DNA of 64,000 nucleotides from Sporopachydermia quercuum (lineage: Eukaryota). The notes under the pieces were generated by a model. It saw nothing but the letters and a program-made list of their open reading frames with translations, was not told where the DNA came from and did not search any database. A program made the translations under genes and the position numbers. Of the stretch, positions 22,581 to 37,599 are shown in pieces. Numbering within the stretch: the first letter of the stretch is position 1; each line of letters opens with the position of its first letter. The DNA lies in assembly GCA_001599295.1 (NCBI GenBank), contig BCGN01000001.1:1116001-1180000 (forward strand), in the 5' to 3' direction.

Positions 22581-23215
22581 AATAATTTTCTGTTTACTAA
22601 GTGCTTAATTAAATGAAAATTTAGTAGTTAGGAAGAAATATAAATCCTCTTTTCGTACTTCCCCTATTCATCTTTGTTCCTTTTGTTATTTCCTCGTAAC
22701 TGTAAGGATCAGGCCTACCATCTCAATGAAAAATAGAGTTCAAATACTATAAATAAAATTTAGCTAGTCAAAATGTCAAGTAAGGTTTATACTATTAATC
22801 CTTATCCCAATCAGGAAATAAAAAAGAATCGTCCGATTTTCAGTTTCATTAATACCAAACGTTACTCTAAGACATTTCTCTTCCATCACCAATTTAATGT
22901 TCATCTGACACATGAACATTGTCGATGGATCGAGTAAAATAAGTAAAAGAATGCAAGAAGTTGAAAATGAAAGAAAAATTTCATGATCAGTCAACGCTAT
23001 TTAAATTAACAAAGTATTAAGAGATTCTATTCTGTGTTTTAGTATTTTCATTTTTCAGTGTAATAATGGGTACGGTTTACTATAACGTACTGCATGTAGA
23101 CTTATCTTAGCATGGTTGATGATTCAACGTNATAGATACTAAATTCAAATGAGTATAATATATTATTATGCATACTTAACAACCGCTCTCCATTTCTCTC
23201 CCATAATAATCATTT

Positions 23216-26200
23216 CTATAAGAATGCCATCCAACCTATAAATCCATTGTTAGAAATAATCAATTCAAACCAATATCAGCCAGAGNCCCGCTATCTTATC
23301 ACATTCTAAATATTTCTCATTAATATCGTCAGCGACACATACCAGCATATAATAAAGCAAGCCGACTAGAATCAGTGGCTTCTTGTATAAGCATATTTAC
23401 TATACTCTCAACAGATAAACCTTCAGGATTCAGTTTTTTCTTAACCGATCGAATAGCCAAATCTGCCTCTAAACCTTCGTCTGCCGTCATCTTCGTTAAC
23501 CCATCGAATTCCTCATTGCTATTGATATTCTGAAGCCGATTCAGTCTCAATGGTGATAAGCTCCAAACATATAATGGATCATATCGCAAAACATCTAATA
23601 TACTAAGAATTGAATCAGTTTCATTCTGTAGCACTTGAAATACAATTTCACTACATCTTCTGAAAGTACCTTCAATTCCTGTGACTCCAAACCCGTCAAT
23701 AATATCACGAGTTAACCTGAATGGTACAGTCTCAGGTATTGGTAACATTTTTCCCTATGAGTCATCAGTTCACTGTTAGTCTCAATTATATAATTTCAGT
23801 TGAAACGCTTTTCTTATCATCATCACAATCCCTTTTACTTACCTGATCAAACGCTACACCTAAGTCAATATGAACAGGCTCGCCAGTATCTTGATCCAAT
23901 AATATATTATTGCAATGACGATCACCAAGTCCTAGTATATATCCAATAATCGATATANCAGCAGTACCTTTAACATAACGAGCTCTACTGTTATACCAAT
24001 CATCAGGAATTAAAAACCTTTCAAAGAAAAAGAACCTGAAAACTGGCTCAAGCTTCTCGGAAACTTGCTGATATGCTTTTATCCTTATTGCATTCTTCTT
24101 AGTAGCAGCAGCATTGACTATTTTCGCCCTAGCTTCCTTGATTGACATATCATCAGGAGAATAATCATTATGAGCTTTGCTCAGATATTCCATTAAAGGT
24201 ATTGAATTGTTAACAAATTGTAAAATCCCACCTTGAGGTTGTAGAGGGATTACTTTATACGTTCTAACTGACAAGTTTCTCTCTCTTGTTTCAAGGTTGT
24301 GAAGGAAAAACTGATTCACCAATTGGAAAACTTGTTCCATGATTGCATCTTGTCTTAAATCATCAGAACCACCTTTAAGCACCATTTTATACATTTCACC
24401 GTCATTGCTTCTAACTATAACAATTTTTGGCCTACTGATGCCTGACGCTGCCATTTCAATCTTATTGTCAATACTAACCATTCTTGGAACATTTCTATAT
24501 TTACCCTCCAAATCTATTGCAATATCACAAGTTGGTGATGGTAATCTAAGTTCTTTCAATCCTTTATCCCACCATCTTTTATCTTTTAAATCTGATGTTG
24601 AGATAATCTTCNACCTTTTATCAATTTTCTCGTTGGCTAATCTTCCTGCATATTCACAGAATTCTAACACATCATCAAGAGTGTCATAATTGTTTTTCAG
24701 TATACCAGCAATTTCTTTAGCTGATTTGACTCTGTTGATAGTAACATGATCATCGTTTGTTGGAATAGGATGGAATATTAAGTACACTAAATGATATAAT
24801 GTATGATAAGGGTGTTTAGCAAATACCTTCAACAACAATGATTTCAATACTGATTGAAATAGTTTATCATTATTATTATTACCATTTTTGTTTGCACTAT
24901 CGGTAGTGGCATTGCTGCTATTATTACTATCTCCAAGTCTTGCAGTTAATTGAGGAACCCATGGAATTAGCTTATAAAAAGGGAACTGTTGCAGAAATGA
25001 TAATAGACTCTCATTTATCCTCTCAACTTGATTATTCTCAAACCAAAGGCTTAAAAATTTTAAAANCGAATCATCGAATTTATCGCCATCGATTATTAAA
25101 CATTTAATATAATTATGGCAGGCAATCGTAATCAATTCCAATCTTGAATTCCTTAACATTTCCAGCTCTTCTTCATCATCTTTCAACATTGTTTTAAAAT
25201 AATTGATACTACTCATAATTCTTCTTAATTCAGTTGATCCTGTTTTATATTTCTTGCCTTCAACAAGCAATTCATTAATTTCTCTCTGTTTCTTCTTTTG
25301 AAGATCTCCATATCTTTCTAGTTCTTCATCTATTTTCCCTTTTAATTGATAGTAACAAAATGTAGCAAAATCATAGTAAATCTTACTGGAAATCTCATTG
25401 TCAACTGTTATTTCTTCAAATAGTTTCACAGCTTTATTGAAGTATTTCTCAATTATAATTCCTGGTGATTCTTGTCTTGCTTGGAATGACCAATTGCCAA
25501 TAGTTGAATAAACTAGAGGGATGATTTGTATTAGAAATATTCCTAGTGGTTCATTCTTGCAATCATCAATCAATTTTTCATTCTTGATGACATCTCTAAG
25601 AATTGCTTGAGGCAACTTTCTATCATTTTGACCCCAAAGAGTTATTGCAGTATTATAATTAGAAAGAANATTAACTGTTGTGTTGATGATGTTGTTTTGT
25701 TGCAAATTCGATAATGCGACCGTTGAATTAAAAGATTTCTGAGTTTCTTTACTTTCACAGGCTATTTGATTATACTGGTTCAAGTTGAATGCTTGGAGAT
25801 CAATCAATAATTTAGGATTAGAATAAGGAACAGAATTGGGGTTATTATTATTCGAAGAAGAAGCACTAATATTCTTTCTAAGTAAATCAATTGATAACGA
25901 TCTTGCAGTAAGCAATGTATCGACCTTTTTGAATGGTTTCTTCGAAATCCATTGGTTTCTTTCTTTATAACAATTGACCAACATGATTAATTCTTCCTCA
26001 TTTTTNTCCGTTGTGCTTTTTCTCCAATTCCTAAAAACAGAAAATAAATCTTTACTTTCCACTATAATTGCAATTGTCTGGAACCAATTCTCGATCTCCT
26101 TAAAATCGTTATTCAAATTTGGGAATTTGAATGACAATTGGTTTATAAAATCAATGAAAAACCCCTCGTCAACATTCGATTTATCATTCAAATCAGAGAA

Positions 26201-26319
26201 GAATTTGTATAAAACAGAATTTTGGTTGAACGATGATAATTCATTTATTTCAGTCGGTAGAATATCCCATTGTTGAAGTTTCCACATGATTTCGAATTGA
26301 TTCGATAGCGACTTATTAA

Positions 26320-26355
<36 letters not shown>

Positions 26356-29300
26356 CATAAACAGTCTTTGCTAAACCATTCATTCCTTTATTCAACATAT
26401 TAGAAATAAGATTTTCATTAAACGCTTCATCATTTTCTCCATCAAATCGGTTATCGATTATTTTACCATCTAATCTTGACGAATTATACGCAAATTTGGA
26501 CCATGAGCTCAAACCATCATTCATATTATCAATATTCTTCATTATCAAATCTAACGATGATTTTAGTGGTAATCCTGTTAATAAATCTTTATTATTCAGT
26601 TTTTCATAATTGATCTGTAAGTCATTTCTTATTTGATGATTTCCATGAACTAGATCATTATTGATGTATGAATTGAGTGACATCTTCTCTTCTAGTAACA
26701 ATAACGCAGTTTTCGGTTTATTCAATTCAATTGCTATTTTATGAAGTAAATCTTTACTAATTAGAAATTCTGTTGCTGCCTGTGTTGATGTTTTTGCTGA
26801 CGTAAAGTACTTTTTATAATTTTTTATGATAAGAACTTTTCTAACATAAAGATAAGTGTCTAAGAGTAATTCCTTATATTTGAAACAATCTTGTAATGAG
26901 AGTATTGATGATAATACATTGTTGTAAATAAAGATGAATTGTTCTATATCTTTATGATTTGATAGAATAAAAGACAAAGATACCTGCCTGAAAATTGATC
27001 GAGCAAATTGATGGTTTAAATGAAGCAGATTGAAGAAATGGTTGAATAACCTAATGTTGCATCTTTCAATGAGCCATTTGATTAATTGTAGAAGCCAGTG
27101 GTTAAAGTTTTGATTCGTCAATGATTTGATAGATATGAAATAGTTTATACTATCTTCCTCGTTTTCTTCTTCCTCTTCTTGATGATTAATTTTATGAAGA
27201 AAAACATTCTGATGAGGAATGATTAAATCAAAAATCCAGTTTTCGTTAATAGTTTGGAGACAATGATGTAGTAAAGAATCATTTTCATTGGTTATCAGAT
27301 ATAAAGAAACACCAAGGATTCTTTCCGCTTCAATTGAGTAAATCATATTATGATCATTTGACAGTTTTATCAACCTTTGAAGTATTGGAATGACACATTT
27401 AGCAGATAGAATAGTATTCGCCGTACTGGTAGAATTTGTGCTATTATTATGATCGTTAATACTGTTGTTCCTTGTTTTGCTAATTGTTTTATTATTATTA
27501 GTAGTAGTAGTAGTACTATTGGTGAACGTACTATTATTTGTCATATCGTCATCTTTCCATTCATCCATTGTAAGCCTTTTGCAAGTTGATAATCCGTTGG
27601 ATAAATATATGTTTGCTAATAAAGAAGATTTCCAATAAGCAATTGGTGACTCAACAATAAATATATCAACAGAATCAGTAGTGAAATTATTAGCAGTACT
27701 AGNAATAGTATTCCCCTCGATCCCATTTCTTCCAATGATCGGAAGATCAACAGACAATAACACACTGACAATTAAGTCATTGTTATTATATTTTGGTTCT
27801 GCTAGTTTGACCAAAAGATTTTCATTGTTTTTGAATATTTGCGATAAAATTATCATNGTCATTTTCTGTAATTGATGATCATTTCTGATTATGCAAAACA
27901 ATTCTTCAACATCACTATGACCAATATCCGCAGTATCAACGGCATTAACACTGCTTGCAGAATTAGGATTAACAGTACCTTCAATATGAAAATAGCTTTT
28001 AAGGAAACATCTGATCAACATTAAGCATATGTTTATACTATTTGAATTACTATGAAGAGTATGCTGATTTAGAAGATTATTCTCNTTATTACTAACGAAA
28101 AACAGCCATTTGATTAATAAATCATTCTTGTTCACTTCATAGCAATTGGTAGTATTTATTCCTTTATCATCCACATTATTGTCATTTCCAGTAGTTTCAA
28201 TATTTCCCCTTTTATTCCCCTTCGAGATATTGAATAGAATAGTGAAGTAAACAGTTATGAATAATTGACCATTATTAGTTATAATCCTATGATTTCTCTT
28301 GATGAAAAATAATAAAATTGTTTCTATCTCTTTATATAGCCTGTAGGAGTTCATTATTTCATTGCCAATTATACTTAGGACCTTCCGAATCGAATGAGAA
28401 TTGAAGAAATTACCACTATTAATTATCACAGCTAGTTTTACTCTTCTAAGAGCCATCAGCCTTTTTTCTTCATTTGAATTGTACTGGAAATCGCTTAATA
28501 AGCCAGTAAAACAGTAATTCATAGTTTTGGCATTAAACATTTCATGGGGAGATGATATGTTAAGAAATCGTTGTAACCAGTTCATCGATTTGATGAGTAC
28601 TTGAATAGAAATTCTGGGATCGAAATTTGGATTAATTAAAGNTAGTTGATTTGATAATCCGATCGATTTTAACTCTTCTGATGATATGCTTATATTGCTG
28701 GTACTATTGTTATCATCTCGTGATAAATAGTCATAATTCGCACTCGACAAATCTGTCATGTGAAACAAATTGAGTATGCAATCATCATAACAATCTCCAA
28801 TTAAATGCTCCCAATTCGAATGGCCAATNACAGACCCTAGTAACTCGATCAAATCATTAAGCTCTCCACCAGTTTTAAAAGAGTAATAGGCAAATATTGT
28901 CGATATATTACTACTAACTAATTCAATCAATGATGTATTGTCGAAATATGACTTTATCTCGGTCAATTCGTTTATAACATCTTTCTTATTCCTTGATTGA
29001 GTGAAAGAAATAGCAATTATAATCCCTAGAATTATATCTTGATTCAATGTGAGAAATTGCTTATATGAAGCATAGTCAAGTATCTCATAAGGGAAACAAG
29101 ATAAAGGTTGATCAATTAACCAAAAGGATAGAATTTGATGTCTCAAATTATGAAAATATTGATGGATTGATGTATAATTCAAACTATTTGATAGTTTCAA
29201 TAAACATTGCTTGACATATGGTTTGATGTAATTGAATTTAGAATGTTCAAATAAATTCATACCAACAGCATCAGAGATTGATGAGTTATTATAGATTGAT

Positions 29301-32300
29301 TGGTTAGTCAAAACTTCAAGACGGATTATTCTTGACTCTAATCTGGTATCCTTTTCATCAAATGGTAGAGAATTGTATAATAAAGAATAGCAACTCATTG
29401 TATTTTCAATTGATCTATTGTAGATGAAAAATGATTGAAGGTGTTTAGTTAGCTGTAATTTAAGATAGCAATCTGACACTGTGATTATATTGAAAAAAGT
29501 GTTGATTACAGTTCTGATATTAATGTCAGCATTGATTGTTTGATTAGTAGTACTATTATTATAATTATTGGTGTTAATGATTTCTAACACAAGCTCCCCA
29601 AATGCTTCTAAAGATGCTGTCGTTGTCAATTGATTATCATTATTCATTTTAACTAACCATTCATATATATCTAAACAATCTTTCTGGAGATCATTTGATT
29701 GACTCAGCCAATGAGGAATGAATTGTTTCAAAAGAAACGAAAATGTGATATTTGTCCATAATGTTCTCTCGCATTGGAATTCTGTTAATAGTCGTTCTGC
29801 TAACGTTCTAATCAATTCTTCAATCAAGGACACTTCTAGCTTATCGATTCTAAATGTTTGGTTTAAATGAAAGAAATCTAAGATAAGATAAGGAAGAGAA
29901 TTTAATGATGCCGTAGAAAACAATGTAACAAAAAAACTGATTATGCTGTTGCTACTGTTATTGTTGTTGACGCTGCTGCTGGTGTTGTTTGATTTTATTA
30001 TATAGTAATTCTTCTGAAGAGACAGAAGTTTCTGTTCAAAGCAACAATTCAGTGGCTTCATAGAATGAAATCTAAGAACCAAGTCATCGTCTTCATATAA
30101 GGAAACATCTTGGAACGTATCTTTGCCCCTGATGACACCAAACTCGTCCAATGAGCTTCCTGAGGTTGAATCTTGCGAGAATCCCGCATTTAAAGCTAAT
30201 GACATACTATTAGCATTGTTATTGTTATTGCTATAGCTATTTTGCTGTGACGTTTGATATGAGGATTCTGCTAGTTGGAATACGAGTTCGGATAGTTGCA
30301 ACGACAGTTGTAATACCTGTTCACGTAGTTGTAGCTGTGGTAGAACGTGCAAAGGAGAATTTGCAGTTAATAATTTGGATATATTGATTGAATCCTCTTC
30401 CAGTGATTTGTAGAATGATTGGTAAAAATTGGAAGTGAACTGCTGTAATGAGGATAAAGAAGACTCGATAGAGGAGTGGTTCATATGTAGATGAAGACGC
30501 AGTTGAGCTATTTGGTTATCAAAACACAGCGAGAATATTAGCCATTGGAGAAGTTGATGATCTGGTTTGATAGGTAAGTTAGGCGAATTAGATCTGCTAG
30601 TATTACCAATAGGAGTACCATTGGTAGAATTCCCGTCATTGCTTGAAATGTCCCAAGAAATATTCTTTTGAATTGATGCAATAGCAGTGGATATAATTTT
30701 ATTGAATGTTTCACCATAATCAATTGTTGAATTATGTAGAACTTGTAGTTTCGATTTGATTCTACCTATCGACTTACTACTGCTATTGTTATCATTATTA
30801 TCACTATTTCTTAACTGTATGAAACTTATAACAGTGCCCCTATCTCTAACAAACAAATCAACAAGTTCCAGTTCCGAATCATAACTTGGTTTTACCTGCC
30901 ATTGTTTCAAATTAATATCATTCATACCGAACACCCAACTAAGGAAGACAACCATGCCTAGAATCCCACAGTCATTGAACCCACTATTATCAATACGAGC
31001 CAAAGAAGTTGTGTACCAATGAATCAAAGACTTCCTTCTATCTATTGACTGTCCGTTAAATACTGAGATGCTGTTGCTGAAAACTACTTGCCAGAAAAGA
31101 ATAGACTCAGAGCAAATGATTATAGGGCCAGCAATTAAAGGATCGTTGATGACTCTTCTTAGTTCTTTCACTGATTGTTCATTCAGGGGGCATTTCATTG
31201 CAAGAATGATGGATAGGAGCATACAAGCAGGCTTGAATGATATTTCATTTGATAGATGCTGGAGTGATAGTTTAAGATAATTACTATTCATTGTTACAGT
31301 AGTAGCAGTTCTAGTTCTAGGAGTATCGATTGCTTGATAGAAACTGAATACAGCTGACAACAACCATCCAGAGTTCAATTGAGCTTGACTTTGACTGAGT
31401 AAAGTGTCGAAAACGCTGCTGAACCATTGAAAATTTGTCTGCTTGATACTTGCGCTTGTTTGTAAGTAAAATGTTGATAATTGAAGCCCAGTTTTTCTCA
31501 TTTCTGTTGATGCGTTCAGTACATTTGATAGAAAAGTGATTAAGCAGTCAGATTGGAGTATTAAATCTTCAATTGATATTTGGGGTTGGCCTGGAGTATG
31601 TAGATGTGTCTGGGGATATGAATAAGGATATAAATTGGTAAAGGCGCAAGGATACGATTGACCTTGAGGCGTTCCTTCTCTTCTTCTCCTTTTTAAAGAA
31701 CGTTCTTCTGTTAATGAAGTATTTGCAAAGGATCTCTTTGGTGTAGTAAATCCAATAATCCTTGTAGTGTCATTGGTGATAGGGTCAGTTGCATTGTTGC
31801 TACTACTAAAACTACTCATCTCAGTAGCCTCACTAATATGGAAATAAATATCACATAGTTTTGATAATAAATAAATAGTCAACCATTCAACTTGTTTCCT
31901 CGGATCCTTTAAAAATATTCCTCTCAAAGAAAAGGCAGTATTGGGACGTCTGGACTTATTATTATCGTCACAGTGGAAACCAATGTCAGTTAGCAATGGT
32001 AAATTGTGACCTCTGGTTTCTAATGTTTCCTCTAGAATAGCAACCAACAACATTTGGATAGCCATTCGAGCATTTCTATGCAATTTCAATTTACCTGCTG
32101 CTTGTCCTTGTATCAATTGATCACCAGTATCACGTTCTTGAAACAATGGAGCATTAGGAATATAGTAGAAGTCAATACCTATCAATAGAATCTTCAGTGA
32201 TACATGTTTCAAACTATCATTTCTTCTTGTCCAGTATTTCGCAATCAATCCTGATACGCCAATAATTATATCTTGAGAAATCCATATTCTATCACATATC

Positions 32301-33120
32301 AAATGTATTATTAGATTTGAGACAGCTGACAACAATCCATGGATTATAAACCCAGTGGTCGAATAGCATATGATGTATTTATTCAATACAGACCAAATGT
32401 CCCAAGCGTGATTTCTAGCTTCAAATTCACTGTGACGTAAGACATTGCTTAAGCAATAGAGTAACTCCACATTTATTTGCGATAGTCTTTCATTCTGTAA
32501 AGCACTTAAGTCGTCACCAGGCGAATAATCGAAATCCAATGATTGAAGACAGAATTTGATTATTAGTAGTCGTTCACGAGTGTCTAAATGGTCAAGAAAA
32601 CATGTTCTCTCAATAATTGATGATAATAGTTTGATCCAGCAAACTCCTAATGGTTGTAGAATACGAAAAGGATCTATAGAGCATTTGATGTTGGTTAGAA
32701 TGCCCTCGGTGACTGTCAAAACTGATTTAGTTTCAAATCTGTTGAAATGAATGGAAGTTTCTACCAGTTGTTTCAAACTGGCACCAGCTTTTGTTAGTCG
32801 ATCAATTGTGGATGCATTTTGGTTTTTATAGTAAAGATATTTTTCGGTTTTGACGAGTTGGAAAATTGCTTTAAATAATGATAAGTATGTTTTCTCTTTC
32901 CATCGTTTAACTTTCTTTCTATCACAACATATTGATTCAAGATCTTCTAGGGCTTCTTGACGATCTCTTAACTTCTGGGACGTAAGTTTATCTTTAAAAT
33001 ATCAGTTTCGTTAGCTAGTAATACTTTAAAAAGTGGGTGATGGTTCTATTATAATAATGAAATCAAGTTAAGATACTTACTACATATGATGTTGGTATCA
33101 GGTACTAATGGATAGGACAT
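23216..33120 (-). CDS. TEL1: ATM/Tel1 PIKK kinase; exons 33120-33081, 32991-23843, 23754-23343 and 23235-23216 (3206 aa)
   Basis: TAN motif [13 protein letters not shown] restored by intron 1. Kinase motifs [22 protein letters not shown] and [31 protein letters not shown] end LYAG|WMAFL restored by intron 3. Exon lengths sum to 9621 nt, in frame. Confidence 0.95.
26322..26354. repeat. (TTG)11 microsatellite encoding poly-Asn in Tel1
   Basis: Directly visible trinucleotide run. Confidence 0.95.
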
Positions 33121-33851
33121 TGTTTTGTGACAACAATGAGTGATGGGTACATCTTAATATGCAATGAGTAGTGAAGATGTATGAGGAACGATAGTGGGAC
33201 TAATGANTGTGTTTAATAAGCACTAAGTACNTGACANATAAATGTATTTTAGTGATAAACATAAGATGATCAAGTAGTTTGATACATTATCAAGAGTTTG
33301 TAGATTTATGATATACATATGTTAGTTTTTATAGGTGATTTCAAAAGNCGAGCAGAAGTGTGTTTGTGGTTTATTTCGTGTTTGTCTTATTAGGGGTAAG
33401 GAGAACATATTAGACAGTTAGGAGGTAATGATTATACAATGAAACATGCAATAAGGAGCAGAAGAGGAGCACTAGAAAAGAAAGAAAGAATTGATATGAA
33501 AATGGAAGACATGATTATTAAGCTGTAGATAAAAGACAAGGGAGGTTTAAGTCACAGAATTCGAGAACATCGGTGAATATACAGGTTTGGAGCTTTTGTG
33601 GATTTGAAGTGTTCGTCTGCATGGGAAATGTATAAAATTCAGATTAGCTGCTCCAACGTATAGTAAGTATTAGATTAGTATAGTTCTTACCTTATTGCTA
33701 TTATTTCTCGAATTCTACTTGAGAATGTGNAGATGGATCATAGGTTGAGCAGAAACGTTCGCTCCAATCCACATTCTGCGCCTACATTCGACAAATATAA
33801 ATAAAACGTTATTTTATTATTAGGCGTGTGTATTTAAAGATGTAGCGTGAT

Positions 33852-34769
33852 TTAAACAACAACACCAGAGTTGGAAGCTATTCTTGGCCACAAGTCAGCA
33901 CATTCCTTACCAACGGGACCAGTAATAGCAGAACCCTTCATTTCACCCTTAGGGTTAACAATGACACCGGCATTATCTTCAAAGTATAAATAAACACCGT
34001 CTCTTCTTCTCCATGGCTTGGATTGACGAACGACAATAGCAGGCATAACCTTCTTTCTCAATTCGGGCTTACCCTTCTTGACAGTAGCCTGTTGGGAAAT
34101 TGGTTAATAAAACTGTTCAAATGCAATAAATGTAATAATAATAGCAAAATATCAAACATACGATAACCATGTCACCAACACCGGCAGCAGGAAGTCTGTT
34201 TAATCGAGAACCAGAACCCTTAACGGCAATGACGTAAAGGTTTCTAGCGCCAGAGTTGTCACAGCAATTCATCACGGCTCCAACAGGGAGACCGAGCTTT
34301 ATAAGAAGTTAGTAAAATATTCAATAGGTTGAACAATCTTACTCTTTCGTTATTATTGATGGTGTCTCGGATGGTACTGAAAGCGTAGAATATTCACCGG
34401 CTACTGTTATATTATGATATCTGATATCTGATTCAGCCACAAAATCCCAAACTGTCAATGTGAAATCCGTTTATTAACAATACTTGTATAGTTGTAGTAT
34501 TATCTATATCGCCTTATAGTGTTGTTGCAAATATTTTCTTTCACTTCAATTCTAGCCAACCCAACCAGTTTGATATACTCCTGTCAATAAACCGAAAGCA
34601 CTGTTATTTTAAAAGATTTTGCACATACTGACATTCTGAATTTGTTACCAGAAGCTCCAGATCCTGCTCAATAGTTAGTAACTAAAATCGACAAAAATCA
34701 TTCTCCAATCCGTTGGTGTAATTTACTCGTTCCTCATTCTCTTTAGAATAACTACATACCAGTAGACAT
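33852..34769 (-). CDS. RPL23: 60S ribosomal protein L23 (uL14); exons 34769-34760, 34663-34629, 34296-34162 and 34088-33852
   Basis: Three GTATGT introns (96, 332 and 73 nt) give [36 protein letters not shown]...[14 protein letters not shown], 138 aa. Confidence 0.97.
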
Positions 34770-35505
34770 TTTGAATTATATATTGATTAATATTATATGA
34801 TAACCCTTGGCTATTGAACACAATCAATAATGACTTTTGTATCTTTCAATGAAAAACATATTTCTTCTTACTCAACTCCTGTTTTCACTATAANGAGAAA
34901 CATAAAGTAGATGAGTTCCTCTCGAGCTGAGTGGTGTCGCCAACCAGTAACTCTCGCAAAGATTGCGTTGGTTGTGTGTGCATCTTTCCAGGATAACCCC
35001 AATTTTTCAGATTAATACTTTCAAAAAATATGACTATTTATCAGCCCTAATATAAATCACATGATAATCGTGTGAAAATAGGGTCTATGACAACATCTGC
35101 TTTGTCTTTATCTGAAGAGCATTATGTCTCATCTCATGCTTAATATCATTACTAGTATTTGTTGATGTTGCTAGCAGAATGAGAAAGGTAGAAATTAAAG
35201 CAATAGAAATAAAATGAAATTTAGTTAATTAGTTATCAATCAAACTTCTCTTCAAATTGCTGAAACAGTAAGGCGTTGTTGTTTCTCAGTACAGTATCTT
35301 TACTGTATATATTTGCTTCAGCTGATGTTGCCTCTCTGAATACTCAACGGTTGAAGGTATATATGTCATATATTGACTGTTAGGCAGGTTCGGAAGGAGA
35401 GTAAATGTTTGATTTCGTTCAAGAAGACGTTCTGTTCATTGGTTATTTGGGATTTGTAAAATAATATTGGTGTATCTGGCAAGTCAGGTTTTTTTTTGAT
35501 AGTGA

Positions 35506-36204
35506 ATGAATCAGAGATTTAGCATACAGTCATTGGTATTCAATATGGTTGTCAAANGTTCGCAACAGAGTCACCATAATAGAAGGAGGCGGTGGCAGGA
35601 AGATAGCGAAGGAAGTAGTACGGAGAACAGTTCAGAAAGTGCCGATGATAGAAGAAACTCCGTAATGTTGCTGGAGTCTGAATCTGAGAAAGAGGATCCA
35701 TTGGAAGAGTCGAATAGTAGTACAAGACAAAANAGTAGATCTAGTCGAAGACGACCAAGAGAAAGAGTACACACTGCCAAGTTATCAGAGAGAAGAAGGA
35801 AAAGAGTGAGAATTATATCACCAAGTACTGACAGCATTGAAGAAAATAATCAAGAAAATAGAGAATCTGTGAATGAACTGCATCAGGGAATTGATCCGTC
35901 AGATAATGAGAGTTTAGTTCCTGGTTCAAGGGAGGATTCTATAGTATTATCANACAATGAACAGAATAGCAATAACAATGATAATATTAATGATGATGAT
36001 AGTAATTACTTAACGGAGGATAATTATGATAGTGCAGAAGGTTCTGACAGTGTGAGCTTGGACTCAACGGAAGATGAACTATTAAATGAATTAGCATCCA
36101 TAATAGAACGAAATGGTAGTAATGACAACAACAACAATATTAACACACCAATTAAAGCTGAACAAAATGCAATTATATTAGATGATGATGACGATGATGA
36201 TGAC

Positions 36205-36249
<45 letters not shown>

Positions 36250-36600
36250 NCAAATGAAAATGACCAGGTCCCGGTTTTAATAGAAGAATCGGAAGTGGAA
36301 GAAGGACAGGAAGAGGAAGAAGATAAAGGCCCAAGCATTCCTTTCGAGCATAAAAAGACTCTCAATCTATATGAGTGTCCTGTTTGTTTATCAGCTCCAG
36401 ATAAAGTGATGGTTATAACATGTGGTCACGTATTTTGTTCAGAATGTCTTTATAGATGTGTTGAATCTGCAGCATCAAATTCAAACTTAAGAGTGGGAAT
36501 GAAAAGCTATACTGATGCCAGTTGTCCTATGTGTAGGAAAAGGTTTAAGTATAATAAAACGGTGCCTTTGCAAATCAAAAGAGGTACAGCAGTTACATAG
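35506..36600 (+). CDS. SLX8: SUMO-targeted ubiquitin ligase subunit, Slx8-like RING protein
   Basis: Acidic disordered N-terminus with SIM-like IVLS, IILDDD and VLIEE. C-terminal C3HC4 RING CPVC...CGHVFCSEC...CPMC. Exact start uncertain. Confidence 0.75.
36181..36246 (+). repeat. (GAT/GAC)22 poly-Asp tract
   Basis: Directly visible; follows the SIM-like IIL. Confidence 0.95.
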
Positions 36601-37573
36601 ATGCATATTTGTCACTTAGTAATCATTTTTGGGGCAGCATTTTGGGATTCTGGATTAGTTCTACCACATACTGGATAGTGTATTACTCTTGGTAGAAGTA
36701 CAATTATTATAATTGTATAATATTATTCAAATGATTATGCTTGATCGTGAAGTTTGCGTAATATGAACATTGGTTCTACATGAGGCATTTAGTTGCAATA
36801 GATGAGTTGAACACTATAATGGGTTATTTACATAACCGAGCTACAGTCAATCTACAGCAATATAATATTTGGGTTCGACAATGTCTCTGATAAGATATAT
36901 CGTGAATACCGGGTCCTTTTTCTTCTTTTTATTCAAGGTGTCACGTTCATCATCATAATGATATAGCATTAGGTTAACCGAACTTTGTCAATACTAACAC
37001 TATTCATACTTCTATCAACCAAATATATTGATTACTCTCATGGAGCTCATCAGTTGCCAGAACCTTTAGACAAGCAAGCTTAGATAGCAGAACAAACAGG
37101 AAGAGCAATCACTTCAAACATACAATTTTCCATTATCAGCCTCACTGCAATCCCCGATTGTGAGAATAAGGTATTCCTTTTCATATGTTCTGTAGGGAGA
37201 ATGGGTACTTTCATTTNATCATTTCGTGCTTATCTTGCTTCCCCACAACTTAGTAAACAGCTGTTTTTCCAATAAAAAGAAATAATATAAAATGAGTAAA
37301 CCAAACGACAAGGTTCGCCAGATACACACTTTTCCCAATGATAACAGTGTTTACCTTCCTACATAGGCCATTAGAGAATCTTGAGAAACGAAGCTCATAG
37401 TCATATATCTGTAATATGATTTAATTGATATATAAGATTGAGTCAACCCCGAAACCTTTCTTCCTTCTTTTCTTTCGATACATTCAACTGGGTTTGCCGA
37501 TACAAAATTCATTTTATCTATTATTATTTTCTTTTTCCGACGTAGCTTTATTAGGTTAATGTGAATCATCTAT

Positions 37574-37595
37574 AGCCCTGAGATGAAATTTTTCA
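37574..37595 (+). promoter_or_regulatory. AGCCCT (Tbf1-like) plus RRPE-like TGAAATTTTTCA
   Basis: Motifs at 37574-37579 and 37584-37595, directly upstream of structured block B and far from any protein start. Confidence 0.3.
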
Positions 37596-37599
37596 GTCA

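Noticed and set aside
23329..23748. Separate 139-aa gene or TEL1 frameshift
   Set aside because: It is TEL1 exon 3, joined by canonical introns.
35383..35403. SRP helix-8-like CAGGTTCGGAAGGAGAGTA
   Set aside because: Lacks the AGCA partner and any flanking SRP fold; lies in the SLX8 upstream region.
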